Notes: generated by a model not told the origin, from the sequence alone. A stretch of 47,394 nt of DNA from Clostridia bacterium (GCA_045590035.1 JAZNQG010000200.1:1-47394), one strand, 5' to 3'; positions 8,238 to 16,463 are shown, counted from the first letter of the stretch. Numbers and translations: made by a program.

Positions 8238-8407
8238 ACGATATGCAAACTTCGTTTGCTCGATATTTTTGTTTTCACAAAATCGATATGTTTTTCGTTT
8301 CACTCAAAACTCGATATGCTGTAAATCTCGTTGCCACAGGCAACATATCGAGTGTGTCAGCACATATCGAGTCATTTATGACATATCGAAAATCTCGACA
8401 GAGATTT
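8238..8407. repeat. hairpin/8-mer array B (word TCGATATG, then its reverse complement CATATCGA x3)
   Basis: Forward copies start at 8238 (ACGATATG), 8260 (TCGATATT), 8283 and 8311 (both exact). Exact reverse copies start at 8344, 8363 and 8382. Mini-hairpins lie at 8245-8259, 8267-8282, 8331-8343, 8371-8382 and 8390-8407. Confidence 0.8.
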
Positions 8408-8416
8408 ATAACGATG

Positions 8417-8455
8417 AAAAAAGACAGATTTCGTGTTCGAAATCTGTCTTTTTTC
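8417..8455. terminator. bidirectional rho-independent terminator (serves tRNA-Arg on the minus strand)
   Basis: A 13-bp stem AAGACAGATTTCG/CGAAATCTGTCTT is flanked by an A run and a T run. Confidence 0.85.
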
Positions 8456-8532
8456 TGGTACACCTGATGCGATTCGAACGCACGGCCTTCAGAGTCGGAG
8501 TCTGACACTCTATCCAACTGAGCTACAGGTGC
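8456..8532 (-). tRNA. tRNA-Arg (anticodon CCG), CCA encoded
   Basis: Hand-folded cloverleaf: anticodon stem TCAGA/TCTGA, loop CTCCGAC, T loop TTCGAAT. The 1-72 pair is a G-U wobble. Confidence 0.85.
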
Positions 8533-8543
8533 ATAATACGATA

Positions 8544-8572
8544 ATTATAACCATTTTATGCCTTTTTGTCAA
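8544..8572 (-). promoter_or_regulatory. promoter for tRNA-Arg
   Basis: Minus strand reads TTGACA (8572-8567), a 17 nt spacer, then TATAAT (8549-8544). Confidence 0.75.
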
Positions 8573-8608
8573 GAATATGCGGTTTTAAGCTTCATCCCGA
8601 AAAATGAG

Positions 8609-8637
8609 TTGCAATCGGCATATAAATATGATATAAT
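8609..8637 (+). promoter_or_regulatory. near-consensus promoter firing into array C, divergent from the tRNA-Arg promoter
   Basis: TTGCAA (8609-8614), a 17 nt spacer, then TATAAT (8632-8637). Confidence 0.7.
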
Positions 8638-8822
8638 GAGTTTGCAAAGCAAACTCAATGAATTGCCTGAAGGCACGAATTGAAATCAAAGATTTCATGA
8701 AATGAGCCTGGTGGCTCATGAATAGCACCTATCGGTGCTATTTACGGCAATTCAATTCATGGAGCGTTAGCGAGAATTCATGGCGATAGCCAATTCATGA
8801 CAACGAAGTTGTCAATTCATGA
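8638..8822. repeat. hairpin/8-mer array C (four 1-mismatch variants of CATGAATT, then AATTCATG x4 exact)
   Basis: Forward variants lie at 8657-8664, 8674-8681, 8696-8703 and 8717-8724. Exact AATTCATG starts at 8754, 8775, 8792 and 8814. Hairpins lie at 8638-8656, 8665-8674, 8682-8696, 8704-8717, 8724-8739 and 8800-8812. Confidence 0.8.
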
Positions 8823-8892
8823 AAATTGTTTGACATCTAAATCGTTCACCAATTCTATAATCTAAAAAACTGCCACCGGGTAGTAGATGCTG

Positions 8893-8954
8893 AAGCATTC
8901 GTTTGCATATCGTTAGGTCTTAGAAGATATGCAAGAACGGATGCTTGTTTTTTT
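8893..8954 (+). terminator. strong intrinsic terminator/attenuator immediately upstream of the pnuC RBS
   Basis: An interrupted hairpin of about 19 bp (8893-8911 pairs with 8926-8946) is followed by G plus T7 (8947-8954). The GGAGG RBS is at 8955-8959. Confidence 0.75.
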
Positions 8955-8964
8955 GGAGGTAATT

Positions 8965-9651
8965 ATGAAAACTAAAAATCCGTTTTCTGACCTTAGCCGT
9001 TTTGAACTTATTTTATGGCTTTCGTCGGTCATTATAACCTTAATATCATATATAATATCGGGTACGGGCGATGTACTTACCGTAATTGCATCGTTGATTG
9101 GAGTAACTGCACTTATATTTGTTGCAAAAGGCTATGTTTTAGGGCAGGTGCTTACTGTTGTATTTGCAGTATTCTACGGGATTATATCCTTTTTCTTTAA
9201 ATACTACGGAGAAATGATAACCTATCTTTTTATGACCGCACCGATTGCTGTTATGTCTGTTATATCATGGATTCGTCATCCGTATAAAGGAACAAAAGAG
9301 GTGGAAGTAAGCTCACTTAATAAAAACCAGATTGTATGGGGAATTATATTTGCTGTATTAACAACAGTTATTTTCTATTTTATTCTTTTTGCGATAGGAA
9401 ATAAGAATCTCTTTTTCAGCACAATCTCAATTACAACAAGCTTTCTTGCCTGTTACCTTACATTTTTAAGAAGTCCGTATTATGCAATTATGTATGCATT
9501 AAACGACATAGTTTTAATTGTTCTCTGGGTTATGGCAACTATTGAAAACATATCCTATTTTCCGATGGTTATCTGCTTTGTAATGTTCTTGGTAAATGAT
9601 ATATACGGGTATTATAACTGGAACAAAATAAAGAAAAGACAAGCTGGCTGA
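8965..9651 (+). CDS. pnuC: PnuC-family nicotinamide riboside (or related vitamin) transporter
   Basis: A polytopic membrane protein of about 228 aa with PnuC-like length and C-terminal W...NDIYGYYNW pattern. The ATG at 8965 follows a GGAGG RBS. Confidence 0.75.
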   Translation: MKTKNPFSDLSRFELILWLSSVIITLISYIISGTGDVLTVIASLIGVTALIFVAKGYVLGQVLTVVFAVFYGIISFFFKYYGEMITYLFMTAPIAVMSVISWIRHPYKGTKEVEVSSLNKNQIVWGIIFAVLTTVIFYFILFAIGNKNLFFSTISITTSFLACYLTFLRSPYYAIMYALNDIVLIVLWVMATIENISYFPMVICFVMFLVNDIYGYYNWNKIKKRQAG

Positions 9652-9656
9652 TTATA

Positions 9657-9693
9657 CAAAAAAAGACTGTTGGTTTTTCCAACAGTCTTTTAA
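9657..9693. terminator. bidirectional terminator between pnuC and tsf
   Basis: Hairpin AAGACTGTTGG-ttttt-CCAACAGTCTT is flanked by an A run and a T run. Confidence 0.85.
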
Positions 9694-9703
9694 AATGCTT
9701 TGA

Positions 9704-10606
9704 TTATTTCATCATTGAAGCAACTTCATCAGCGAAGTTTTCTTCCTTCTTCTCAAGACCTTCGCCTGTTTCAAAACGAGCGAAAGATTTAAGAGTGATG
9801 TTTCCAACGCTTGCAACATACTTTGCAACGCTTTCCTTGTTTTCAGCCTTAACATATTCCTGTTCAAGAAGACAAACTTCTTTAAACTGTTTAGCTAATC
9901 TTCCGCCAATCATCTTTTCGATGATGTCAGCAGGCTTGTTAGCATTCTTCGGATCGTTCTGGAGCTGAGCGATAAGGATAGCCTTTTCGTGCTCTTTGTA
10001 ATCTTCAGGAATATCATCGCTTGAAAGGTACTGGGGATTTAAAGCTGCAACCTGCATTGCAACGTTTCTTAAGCACTCTTTTGTAGCGTCTGAAGATTCA
10101 GCGTCTGCTTCAACCAAAACACCGATTTTACCTGCAGCGTGGATGTAATCTACAACGACGCCTTCAGTTTCGATTCTTTCAAATCTTCTGATGTTCATAT
10201 TTTCGCCGATCTTAGCAATCTTAGCTGTCAATACTTCGCCAACAGTAGCGTCAGAGCCTACCATTGTCATTTCCTTAAGAGCCTCAACGTCAGCGGGGTT
10301 CTTTTCGGCAACTGTCTTTGCGATATCTGAAACGAACTCTAAGAATTCGTCATTTTTAGCAACGAAGTCTGTTTCTGAGTTAACTTCAACCAAAACACCA
10401 ACATTGCCGTCGATGTATGACTTAACAATACCTTCTGATGCAATTCTGCCAGCTTTCTTAGCAGCTGTAGCGAGTCCCTTTTCTCTTAAGAACTCAACTG
10501 CTTTATCCATATCACCGTTTGTTTCGGTAAGAGCCTTTTTACAGTCCATCATACCGCAACCGGTCATTTCTCTTAATGTTTTTACGTCCTGTGCTGTAAA
10601 TGCCAT
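9704..10606 (-). CDS. tsf: translation elongation factor Ts
   Basis: N-terminal UBA-like motif VKTLREMTGCGMMDCKKAL and overall EF-Ts sequence. Confidence 0.97.
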   Translation of the reverse strand: MAFTAQDVKTLREMTGCGMMDCKKALTETNGDMDKAVEFLREKGLATAAKKAGRIASEGIVKSYIDGNVGVLVEVNSETDFVAKNDEFLEFVSDIAKTVAEKNPADVEALKEMTMVGSDATVGEVLTAKIAKIGENMNIRRFERIETEGVVVDYIHAAGKIGVLVEADAESSDATKECLRNVAMQVAALNPQYLSSDDIPEDYKEHEKAILIAQLQNDPKNANKPADIIEKMIGGRLAKQFKEVCLLEQEYVKAENKESVAKYVASVGNITLKSFARFETGEGLEKKEENFADEVASMMK

Positions 10607-10626
10607 TTTGAAAATCCTCCTTAATA

Positions 10627-11364
10627 TTAGTCTTCTGCTACTTCCGGAGCTTCTTCTGTTTCTGCTGCTACAGCGTCTTCGCCCTGTCTGCCTTCGATAA
10701 TAGCGTTAGCCATTGTTGAAGCGATGAGCTTAACTGCACGGATAGCGTCGTCGTTACCGGGGATTACGTAATCAACTTCATCAGGATCACAGTTTGTATC
10801 AACGATAGCAACAACGGGGATACCGAGCTTCTTAGCTTCAGCGATAGCGATCTTTTCTTTTCTCGGGTCAACTACGAAAAGTGCGCCCGGGAGTTCCTTC
10901 ATCTCTTTGATACCGCCAAGGTACTTTTCAAGCTTGTCTCTTTCAGCCTTAAGCTTGATAACTTCCTTCTTGGGGAGAAGGTCGAATGTGCCTTCTTCTT
11001 CCATCTTGTTGATCTGAGCCAAACGGTCAATTCTCTTCTGAATTGTCTTGAAGTTTGTCATCATACCGCCGAGCCATCTTGCATTTACATAATGCATTCC
11101 AACTCTTTCAGCTTCCTCTTTGATAGAGTCCTGAGCCTGCTTCTTTGTACCAACGAAAAGGATTGTCTTGCCAGCTTCTGCAACATCCTTAACGAAGTAG
11201 TAAGCTTCCTCTACCTTCTTAACGGTCTTCTGCAAGTCGATGATGTAGATACCGTTTCTCTCTGTGAAAATGTACTCAGCCATTTTCGGGTTCCATCTTC
11301 TTGTCTGATGTCCGAAATGAACACCTGCTTCAAGAAGCTGTTTCATAGAAATTACATTTGACAT
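10627..11364 (-). CDS. rpsB: 30S ribosomal protein S2
   Basis: [22 protein letters not shown] signature. I prefer the ATG at 11364 (MSNVISMKQ...), which follows a GGAGGA RBS. Confidence 0.97.
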   Translation of the reverse strand: MSNVISMKQLLEAGVHFGHQTRRWNPKMAEYIFTERNGIYIIDLQKTVKKVEEAYYFVKDVAEAGKTILFVGTKKQAQDSIKEEAERVGMHYVNARWLGGMMTNFKTIQKRIDRLAQINKMEEEGTFDLLPKKEVIKLKAERDKLEKYLGGIKEMKELPGALFVVDPRKEKIAIAEAKKLGIPVVAIVDTNCDPDEVDYVIPGNDDAIRAVKLIASTMANAIIEGRQGEDAVAAETEEAPEVAED

Positions 11365-11518
11365 TATTTTTTCCTCCTTGTTTTTTTCCTCCAATTGAAT
11401 CATCTTGCAAGCGGACCATTATGGCAACCCCGTATGCAATCTTCAATTGTGTGTAATGCCATGCCGATATATTATAGCATAGTAGGTTTTAAATAGCAAG
11501 AGTTTTTTGAAAAAAACT

Positions 11519-12394
11519 TTAAAAATTTTCTTCTTCTGTATTTTCTTCTTTTTCGGGCTCAGATGTTTCTTTAAATTCCACATCATAAACCGCGTCTTTT
11601 TTCTTTCCTGTAAGCTCTAAATAAAGCTCTGTCTGTGTCTGATAGATGTAGGGTGTGACAAAAATCATTCCAAGACCGCAGCAGCATATTAAACCAAGAA
11701 ACGCCCAGCCGATAAATGAAAGGTCAAGCTTAAATGTAAAGAATCGGTGTCCCTTCATTAAAGCCTTACTTCTTTTTAAAACTTCCTTGCCTGTAAGGTC
11801 TGTTTCTTCTGCCAAAATAAAGCCTGCTAAGTAATAGTCGTAGGATTTAATAAGTGCAGGAATCATACCTATAAACATAAAGAGTATGCCGGACAAAGAC
11901 ACAATAAAAGCCTGTAAATCATATATCATTCCTATTTCAAAGTAAGTTATAATATAAGTCGGAAGCCATAATCCAAATACTGCCGCTGCAGAAGCGATAA
12001 GTGAAAGCAAGAATACTATCACAAAATATCTTATATATGTAGAAATAGTGTTTCCGAAATTATTTTTATAACCCCAGATTATATCCTTGATTTCACTTGA
12101 TTCGCCATTTGACATTTTTATAAGACTTCTGAAAAATCCTACATTCAAAGGCATAAGGAAAAGTGAAACCACCATTGAGAATATAGATGAAATAACAGAA
12201 ATCACGTCATTTACAGGGGTATAGTGATAACCTGACAGTGATGCAAAAAGCATTGTCGGGAAGGTAAGAGCAAATATTCCGAGCGCCAATACCATTTCGG
12301 CTAAATAAATAAGTGCAACCAATGCAAGTGCAGTCCAGTAGTTTTTCTTTAAAACATCCTTTGCTCTTTGCTTTAAATCATTTCTTGTAAACAT
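11519..12394 (-). CDS. DUF975-like integral membrane protein
   Basis: The N-terminus (RNDLKQRAKDVLKKNYW) and the multi-TM layout resemble the DUF975 family as I recall it. The C-terminal tail is acidic. Confidence 0.65.
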   Translation of the reverse strand: MFTRNDLKQRAKDVLKKNYWTALALVALIYLAEMVLALGIFALTFPTMLFASLSGYHYTPVNDVISVISSIFSMVVSLFLMPLNVGFFRSLIKMSNGESSEIKDIIWGYKNNFGNTISTYIRYFVIVFLLSLIASAAAVFGLWLPTYIITYFEIGMIYDLQAFIVSLSGILFMFIGMIPALIKSYDYYLAGFILAEETDLTGKEVLKRSKALMKGHRFFTFKLDLSFIGWAFLGLICCCGLGMIFVTPYIYQTQTELYLELTGKKKDAVYDVEFKETSEPEKEENTEEENF

Positions 12395-12563
12395 AAACAT
12401 CCGTCCTTTCGGAATTTATTTGATAATATAAATATAACATATAACAAAAGGAAAATCAAGACAAGTAAAATTAACAAAAGATTCATAAATTCGTATTGCA
12501 TTTATTCTAAAAAAGTGATATTATATTAAAATAAATGTGAAATTCCAAAGGAGGGAATTATAT

Positions 12564-13211
12564 ATGAGCGAAAGAAAGGCGAAAAAAGGCAGAAAAGAAC
12601 AGGTAGCAGCTAATACACCGAAGAAAAAGTCGAATGTGCTTTTTAATGTAATAGTTACATTGGTAGTTCTTGCGGTTGTAGCTTTAGGTGTCTGGGCAGT
12701 TTATCCGACACTGAATTTTGGTGGAGAAGTAATTGAAGATTCTCTCGAAAACCAGACCTTAGGCGCAGTAGCAAAGGAAAGAGGCACTACTGCAGAAGAA
12801 ATTATCGAAACCTATCAGCTTGGCGAATACGAATTTAATGAAGACAGTGATATTATCTCGGTTACAAGCAAGATGACGGTTGAAAACTATGCAAAGTTTG
12901 AAGGCGTTACAGTTGACGAGCTTAAAGCACAGTTTAAATACACGGATGATGTAACTTCTGATATGACAATGGAACAGGCTCAGGATTATATGCCTGTTGA
13001 AAATATTGCAATGGGTTCAGGTATGGACTATGCCACATTGATTTCGGCATATGGTCTTACAGTAGAAGATCTTCCTGCCGATACTCTTTATAAGGACGCA
13101 CTTCCCATCTTGCAGGCCGCACAGGAAAAGCTTATGGAAGAACAGATGAAAAATCAGGCCGCTGGAGATGGTGTCGAAGTCGGCAACGTTGATGTAAGCG
13201 TAGGAGAATAA
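12564..13211 (+). CDS. single-pass membrane protein with basic N-terminal tail; paralog of 13889-14770
   Basis: AAAGGAGGG RBS, Lys/Arg-rich tail, one TM. The ectodomain carries repeated G-x-T-x-[ED]-[ED]...YGL...D[VL] modules that are shared with the downstream paralog. Confidence 0.65.
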   Translation: MSERKAKKGRKEQVAANTPKKKSNVLFNVIVTLVVLAVVALGVWAVYPTLNFGGEVIEDSLENQTLGAVAKERGTTAEEIIETYQLGEYEFNEDSDIISVTSKMTVENYAKFEGVTVDELKAQFKYTDDVTSDMTMEQAQDYMPVENIAMGSGMDYATLISAYGLTVEDLPADTLYKDALPILQAAQEKLMEEQMKNQAAGDGVEVGNVDVSVGE

Positions 13212-13216
13212 TTTAG

Positions 13217-13870
13217 ATGAAAACGGAAAAGAAAAGTGTAATCTACACGGTCGGAGAAGAGATTTTTAATTCTGTTTCCCATGGTGTAGGTGTATTGCTG
13301 TCGGTTGCGGCATTGGTGCTTTTGGTTTTATTCGCCGTGATATATTCTGACGGTTTGGGACTTTTCGGAGCGCTTATGTACGGTATTTCATTGATATTAC
13401 TCTATACAATGTCTATGACATATCATATTGTAAGAAACGAAACGGCAAAGAGAATACTTCGCATCTTTGACCATTGTTCGATATTTATCTTGATTGCAGG
13501 AACATATACCCCATATCTTATGGGTCCATTAAGAAGCACACTCGGTTGGACGATATTCGGGATTATCTGGGGAGTTACCATTTTTGGAATAATCCTAAAT
13601 GCAATTAACCTTGAAAAATTCCGCATACTCTCACTTATATGCTATGTGCTTATGGGTTGGGGGATTGTCCTTTCGATTAAGCCTTTAGCCGAGTATCTGG
13701 CACCAGGCGGACTCTGGTTATTGGTCGCAGGCGGAATAGTTTATACGGTTGGTATAATATTCTATGTAATGAAAAAATACAGATATATGCATTCGGTATG
13801 GCACCTGTTTGTTCTGGCAGGCAGCATTCTTCATTATCTGTCAATATTATTATATGTATTAAAAAATTAA
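13217..13870 (+). CDS. hemolysin-III / PAQR family channel protein
   Basis: The 217 aa protein has 7 TM segments. Conserved features are N-terminal EEIFNSVSHGVG, the HxxxH-like motif MHSVWH, and DH...I. Confidence 0.85.
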   Translation: MKTEKKSVIYTVGEEIFNSVSHGVGVLLSVAALVLLVLFAVIYSDGLGLFGALMYGISLILLYTMSMTYHIVRNETAKRILRIFDHCSIFILIAGTYTPYLMGPLRSTLGWTIFGIIWGVTIFGIILNAINLEKFRILSLICYVLMGWGIVLSIKPLAEYLAPGGLWLLVAGGIVYTVGIIFYVMKKYRYMHSVWHLFVLAGSILHYLSILLYVLKN

Positions 13871-13888
13871 AAAAGGAGAGGTAAAAAA

Positions 13889-14770
13889 ATGAACGAAGAT
13901 ATTTTTGAAAAAGTAGAAGGCGAAGAAGAGACGGTAGCCGAAACAGTTGAAGAAGTAACAGAAGAAGTTATTGAAGAGGCAGCTGAAGAAGCAGCAGAAG
14001 AAATCGTGGAAGATGCTCTAGAAACTGAAGAAATCGTGGACGAAGCTATCGAAGAAGCTTTTGACGAGACCGATGACAACGTTATAGAAGAAGTGTTTGA
14101 AGACGATGAAGAGCTTTTTGAAGAAGAGCTTGTGTTGGATGAAGTTATCGATGCGCCTAAAAAGAATACAGGTGCTAAAGTAGTAATTTCAATTCTTATC
14201 GTACTTGCGTTGGCGGTTGCAGGCTTTGTCATTTATAAGTTTGTTACAAGAAACCCCTACAATGCTATGGGTTATGTAAATATCAGCGGAAGAACAGTTG
14301 CTGATATCGCAGCAGATTCAGGGATGACAGTTGAGGAATTTTTGGTTGAGTATTCACTTCCTGCAGATATGCCTGCTGATACAGAAGAAGCTGCTGCATA
14401 CTACAATATCCCGACACAGAAGATTGCCGAGATGTACGGTATGACAACAGACCAGATTAAAGAAATGTTAGGTCTTGGTGATGACGTTACAGCTATGACA
14501 CCCTGGGGTGAAGCTGAAGGCAAGGCAAGCGTTGGTAAGTATGTAGGCGAAGAGAATTTTGAAGATTTTAAGGCTGAATACGGTCTCGGTGATGATGTTA
14601 CTGTTGACACTCTCTGGGGCGAAATCAGAAGAGAAGTTGACTTAAAGACATTGGAAATGCAAAAAGCTCAGGAATCACAGGAAACAGAGACAGATGTGGC
14701 AACAGACGTTGAAACAGATGTTGAAGCCGGTGATGTAGTTGAAGATTCACTTGAAGAATCAGCAGAATAA
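13889..14770 (+). CDS. single-pass membrane protein with an acidic N-terminal tail of about 90 aa; paralog of 12564-13211
   Basis: GGAGAGG RBS, Glu/Asp-rich tail, one TM. The repeated modules (GMTVEEFLVEYSLPADMPADT, GMTTDQIKEMLGLGDDVT, YGLGDDVTVDTLWGE) match the upstream paralog. Confidence 0.65.
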   Translation: MNEDIFEKVEGEEETVAETVEEVTEEVIEEAAEEAAEEIVEDALETEEIVDEAIEEAFDETDDNVIEEVFEDDEELFEEELVLDEVIDAPKKNTGAKVVISILIVLALAVAGFVIYKFVTRNPYNAMGYVNISGRTVADIAADSGMTVEEFLVEYSLPADMPADTEEAAAYYNIPTQKIAEMYGMTTDQIKEMLGLGDDVTAMTPWGEAEGKASVGKYVGEENFEDFKAEYGLGDDVTVDTLWGEIRREVDLKTLEMQKAQESQETETDVATDVETDVEAGDVVEDSLEESAE

Positions 14771-14786
14771 AACACAGAATTTTAAA

Positions 14787-14817
14787 AAAGGAGTGTTGCG
14801 AAATGTGACACTCCTTT
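14787..14817 (+). terminator. probable terminator hairpin (short T run)
   Basis: A 10-bp stem AAAGGAGTGT/ACACTCCTTT is followed by only three T. Confidence 0.5.
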
Positions 14818-14834
14818 AAAGTAGGAGAAGGTAT

Positions 14835-15449
14835 ATGATTGCGATTATAGACTACGGTGCGGGAAATCTCCATAGTGTCAAAAATGCTCTGGATTTTTTG
14901 GGCGCCGAAAGTGTGATAACGGGAGATAAGGATGTAATTCTTTCGGCAGACAAGGTAATTTTACCGGGTGTCGGAGCATTTGGCGATGCCATGAAAATGC
15001 TGGAAGAAAAAGGCCTTGTGGACGTTGTAAGACAGGTTAAAGAAAGTAAAAAACCGCTACTTGGAATTTGCTTAGGACTTCATCTTATGTTCGAAGAAAG
15101 CGAAGAAAGTCCGGGTGTTAAGGGTATAGGTCTTTTTAGCGGCAAGGTTAAAAAAATTCCCGACTGTGCCCTTAAAATTCCCCATATCGGCTGGAATAAC
15201 ATTGAAACAAAGGACACTTCGTGGCTATTTTCAGGACTTGGTACGGAGCCGTATGTTTATTTTGTTCATTCATACTATGCCGTGCCCGAAGACGAAAGTA
15301 TCATAAGCGCATACACAGAGTATGGCGAAAGACTTTCTATCGCAATTGAAAAGGATAATGTAGCAGCAGTTCAGTTTCATCCTGAAAAAAGCAGTGACAT
15401 TGGTATGAAGATACTTAAAAACTTTATCTTAAAGGAGGGGGATAAATAA
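14835..15449 (+). CDS. hisH: imidazole glycerol phosphate synthase, glutamine amidotransferase subunit
   Basis: Class-I GATase motifs ([26 protein letters not shown]). The stop overlaps the hisF start (TAATG). Confidence 0.93.
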   Translation: MIAIIDYGAGNLHSVKNALDFLGAESVITGDKDVILSADKVILPGVGAFGDAMKMLEEKGLVDVVRQVKESKKPLLGICLGLHLMFEESEESPGVKGIGLFSGKVKKIPDCALKIPHIGWNNIETKDTSWLFSGLGTEPYVYFVHSYYAVPEDESIISAYTEYGERLSIAIEKDNVAAVQFHPEKSSDIGMKILKNFILKEGDK

Positions 15450-16210
15450 TGCACGCAAAAAGAATAATCCCCTGCCTTGATGTAAAGGACGGAAGAGTTG
15501 TAAAGGGCGTAAATTTTGTAAATTTAATTGATGCAGGCGACCCTGTGGAATGTGCAAAGGTCTATGACAGAGCGGGAGCCGATGAGCTTGTATTTTTGGA
15601 TATTACCGCATCATCCGATAACCGCCATACCGTATGCGATATGGTTAAAAAGGTGGCAAAGGAAGTGTTTATTCCCTTTACAGTCGGCGGCGGAATAAGA
15701 ACTGTAGAAGATTTTCGCGAAATTTTAAATGCGGGTGCAGATAAGGTTTCGGTAAACTCTGCGGCAATTCGCCGTCCTGAGCTTATATTTGAGGCGGCTC
15801 AAAAATTCGGAAGCCAGTGTGTTGTTTTAGCCGTTGATGCAAAAAGGCGCGAAAACGGAAACGGCTGGGAGATATATCTAAACGGCGGAAGAGTAAATAC
15901 GGGCATCGATGCATTGGAATGGATTAAAAAAGCCGAAAAGCTGGGTGCCGGAGAAATACTTTTAACAAGTATGGATAAAGACGGCACAAAGTCGGGGTAT
16001 GATAATGAGCTAAACCGTGCCGTATCCGAAATGGTAAATATTCCCGTAATTGCATCGGGCGGAGCAGGGAATATGGAGCATTTTTATGATGCTTTTAATG
16101 AAGGCAAAGCTGATGCGGTTTTGGCGGCAAGCCTTTTCCATTTTAAAGAAATCGAGATAATTGACTTAAAAAAATATTTAAAAGAAAAAAATATCAGTGT
16201 GAGAATATAA
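15449..16210 (+). CDS. hisF: imidazole glycerol phosphate synthase, cyclase subunit
   Basis: Canonical HisF sequence ([50 protein letters not shown]). Confidence 0.97.
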   Translation: MHAKRIIPCLDVKDGRVVKGVNFVNLIDAGDPVECAKVYDRAGADELVFLDITASSDNRHTVCDMVKKVAKEVFIPFTVGGGIRTVEDFREILNAGADKVSVNSAAIRRPELIFEAAQKFGSQCVVLAVDAKRRENGNGWEIYLNGGRVNTGIDALEWIKKAEKLGAGEILLTSMDKDGTKSGYDNELNRAVSEMVNIPVIASGGAGNMEHFYDAFNEGKADAVLAASLFHFKEIEIIDLKKYLKEKNISVRI

Positions 16211-16303
16211 TTTTTGAATATTTTTTGGGACAGGTGGAATAATTAAAAATGTAGCGGAAATCCGCTATCTGATACCCTTTTATCATATATACCACCACCC
16301 GAG

Positions 16304-16342
16304 GAGAAACGGCTTATTTATATAGGTCGTTTCTCTTTTTTT
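16304..16342 (+). terminator. rho-independent terminator after hisF
   Basis: Stem GAGAAACG/CGTTTCTC is followed by T7. Confidence 0.8.
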
Positions 16343-16463
16343 ATAGAAATTAAAAAAATTTTAAAAAAAAGCTTTACTTTATCACTTTAGTGTGTTACAA
16401 TAGCAGAGTATTAAGGGGATACGGCATATTGCCGTGCATTTTAGAAAGGAAAGGTAAAAGAAA

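Noticed and set aside
8082-8517. ORFs 8082-8303(-), 8182-8505(+), 8201-8467(+) and 8275-8517(-).
   Set aside because: They run through array B, a bidirectional terminator and tRNA-Arg. They overlap one another and lack an RBS.
6454-8822. Whether the arrays are CRISPR arrays, REP/BIME elements or MITEs.
   Set aside because: The constant units are only 8 nt and reverse orientation midway. The palindromic parts vary between units rather than staying constant. No cas, RAYT or transposase gene is present, and I found no terminal inverted repeats with target-site duplications. I kept them as unexplained repeats instead.
13867-14232. A 121 aa Ser-rich ORF on the minus strand.
   Set aside because: It is the antisense reading of the GAA/GAAGAA-rich region that encodes the acidic tail of the plus-strand protein at 13889-14770. 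It has no RBS and is a low-complexity artefact.
16215-16342. A possible riboswitch between hisF and the ABC transporter (GGGACAGGTGG...CCACCACCC pairing, hairpin TAGCGG-aaat-CCGCTA, then a terminator).
   Set aside because: It matches no riboswitch consensus that I recognise. A separate extended -10 promoter (TACAAT near 16399-16404) lies between it and the transporter gene. It is most simply the structured 3' end and terminator of hisF.
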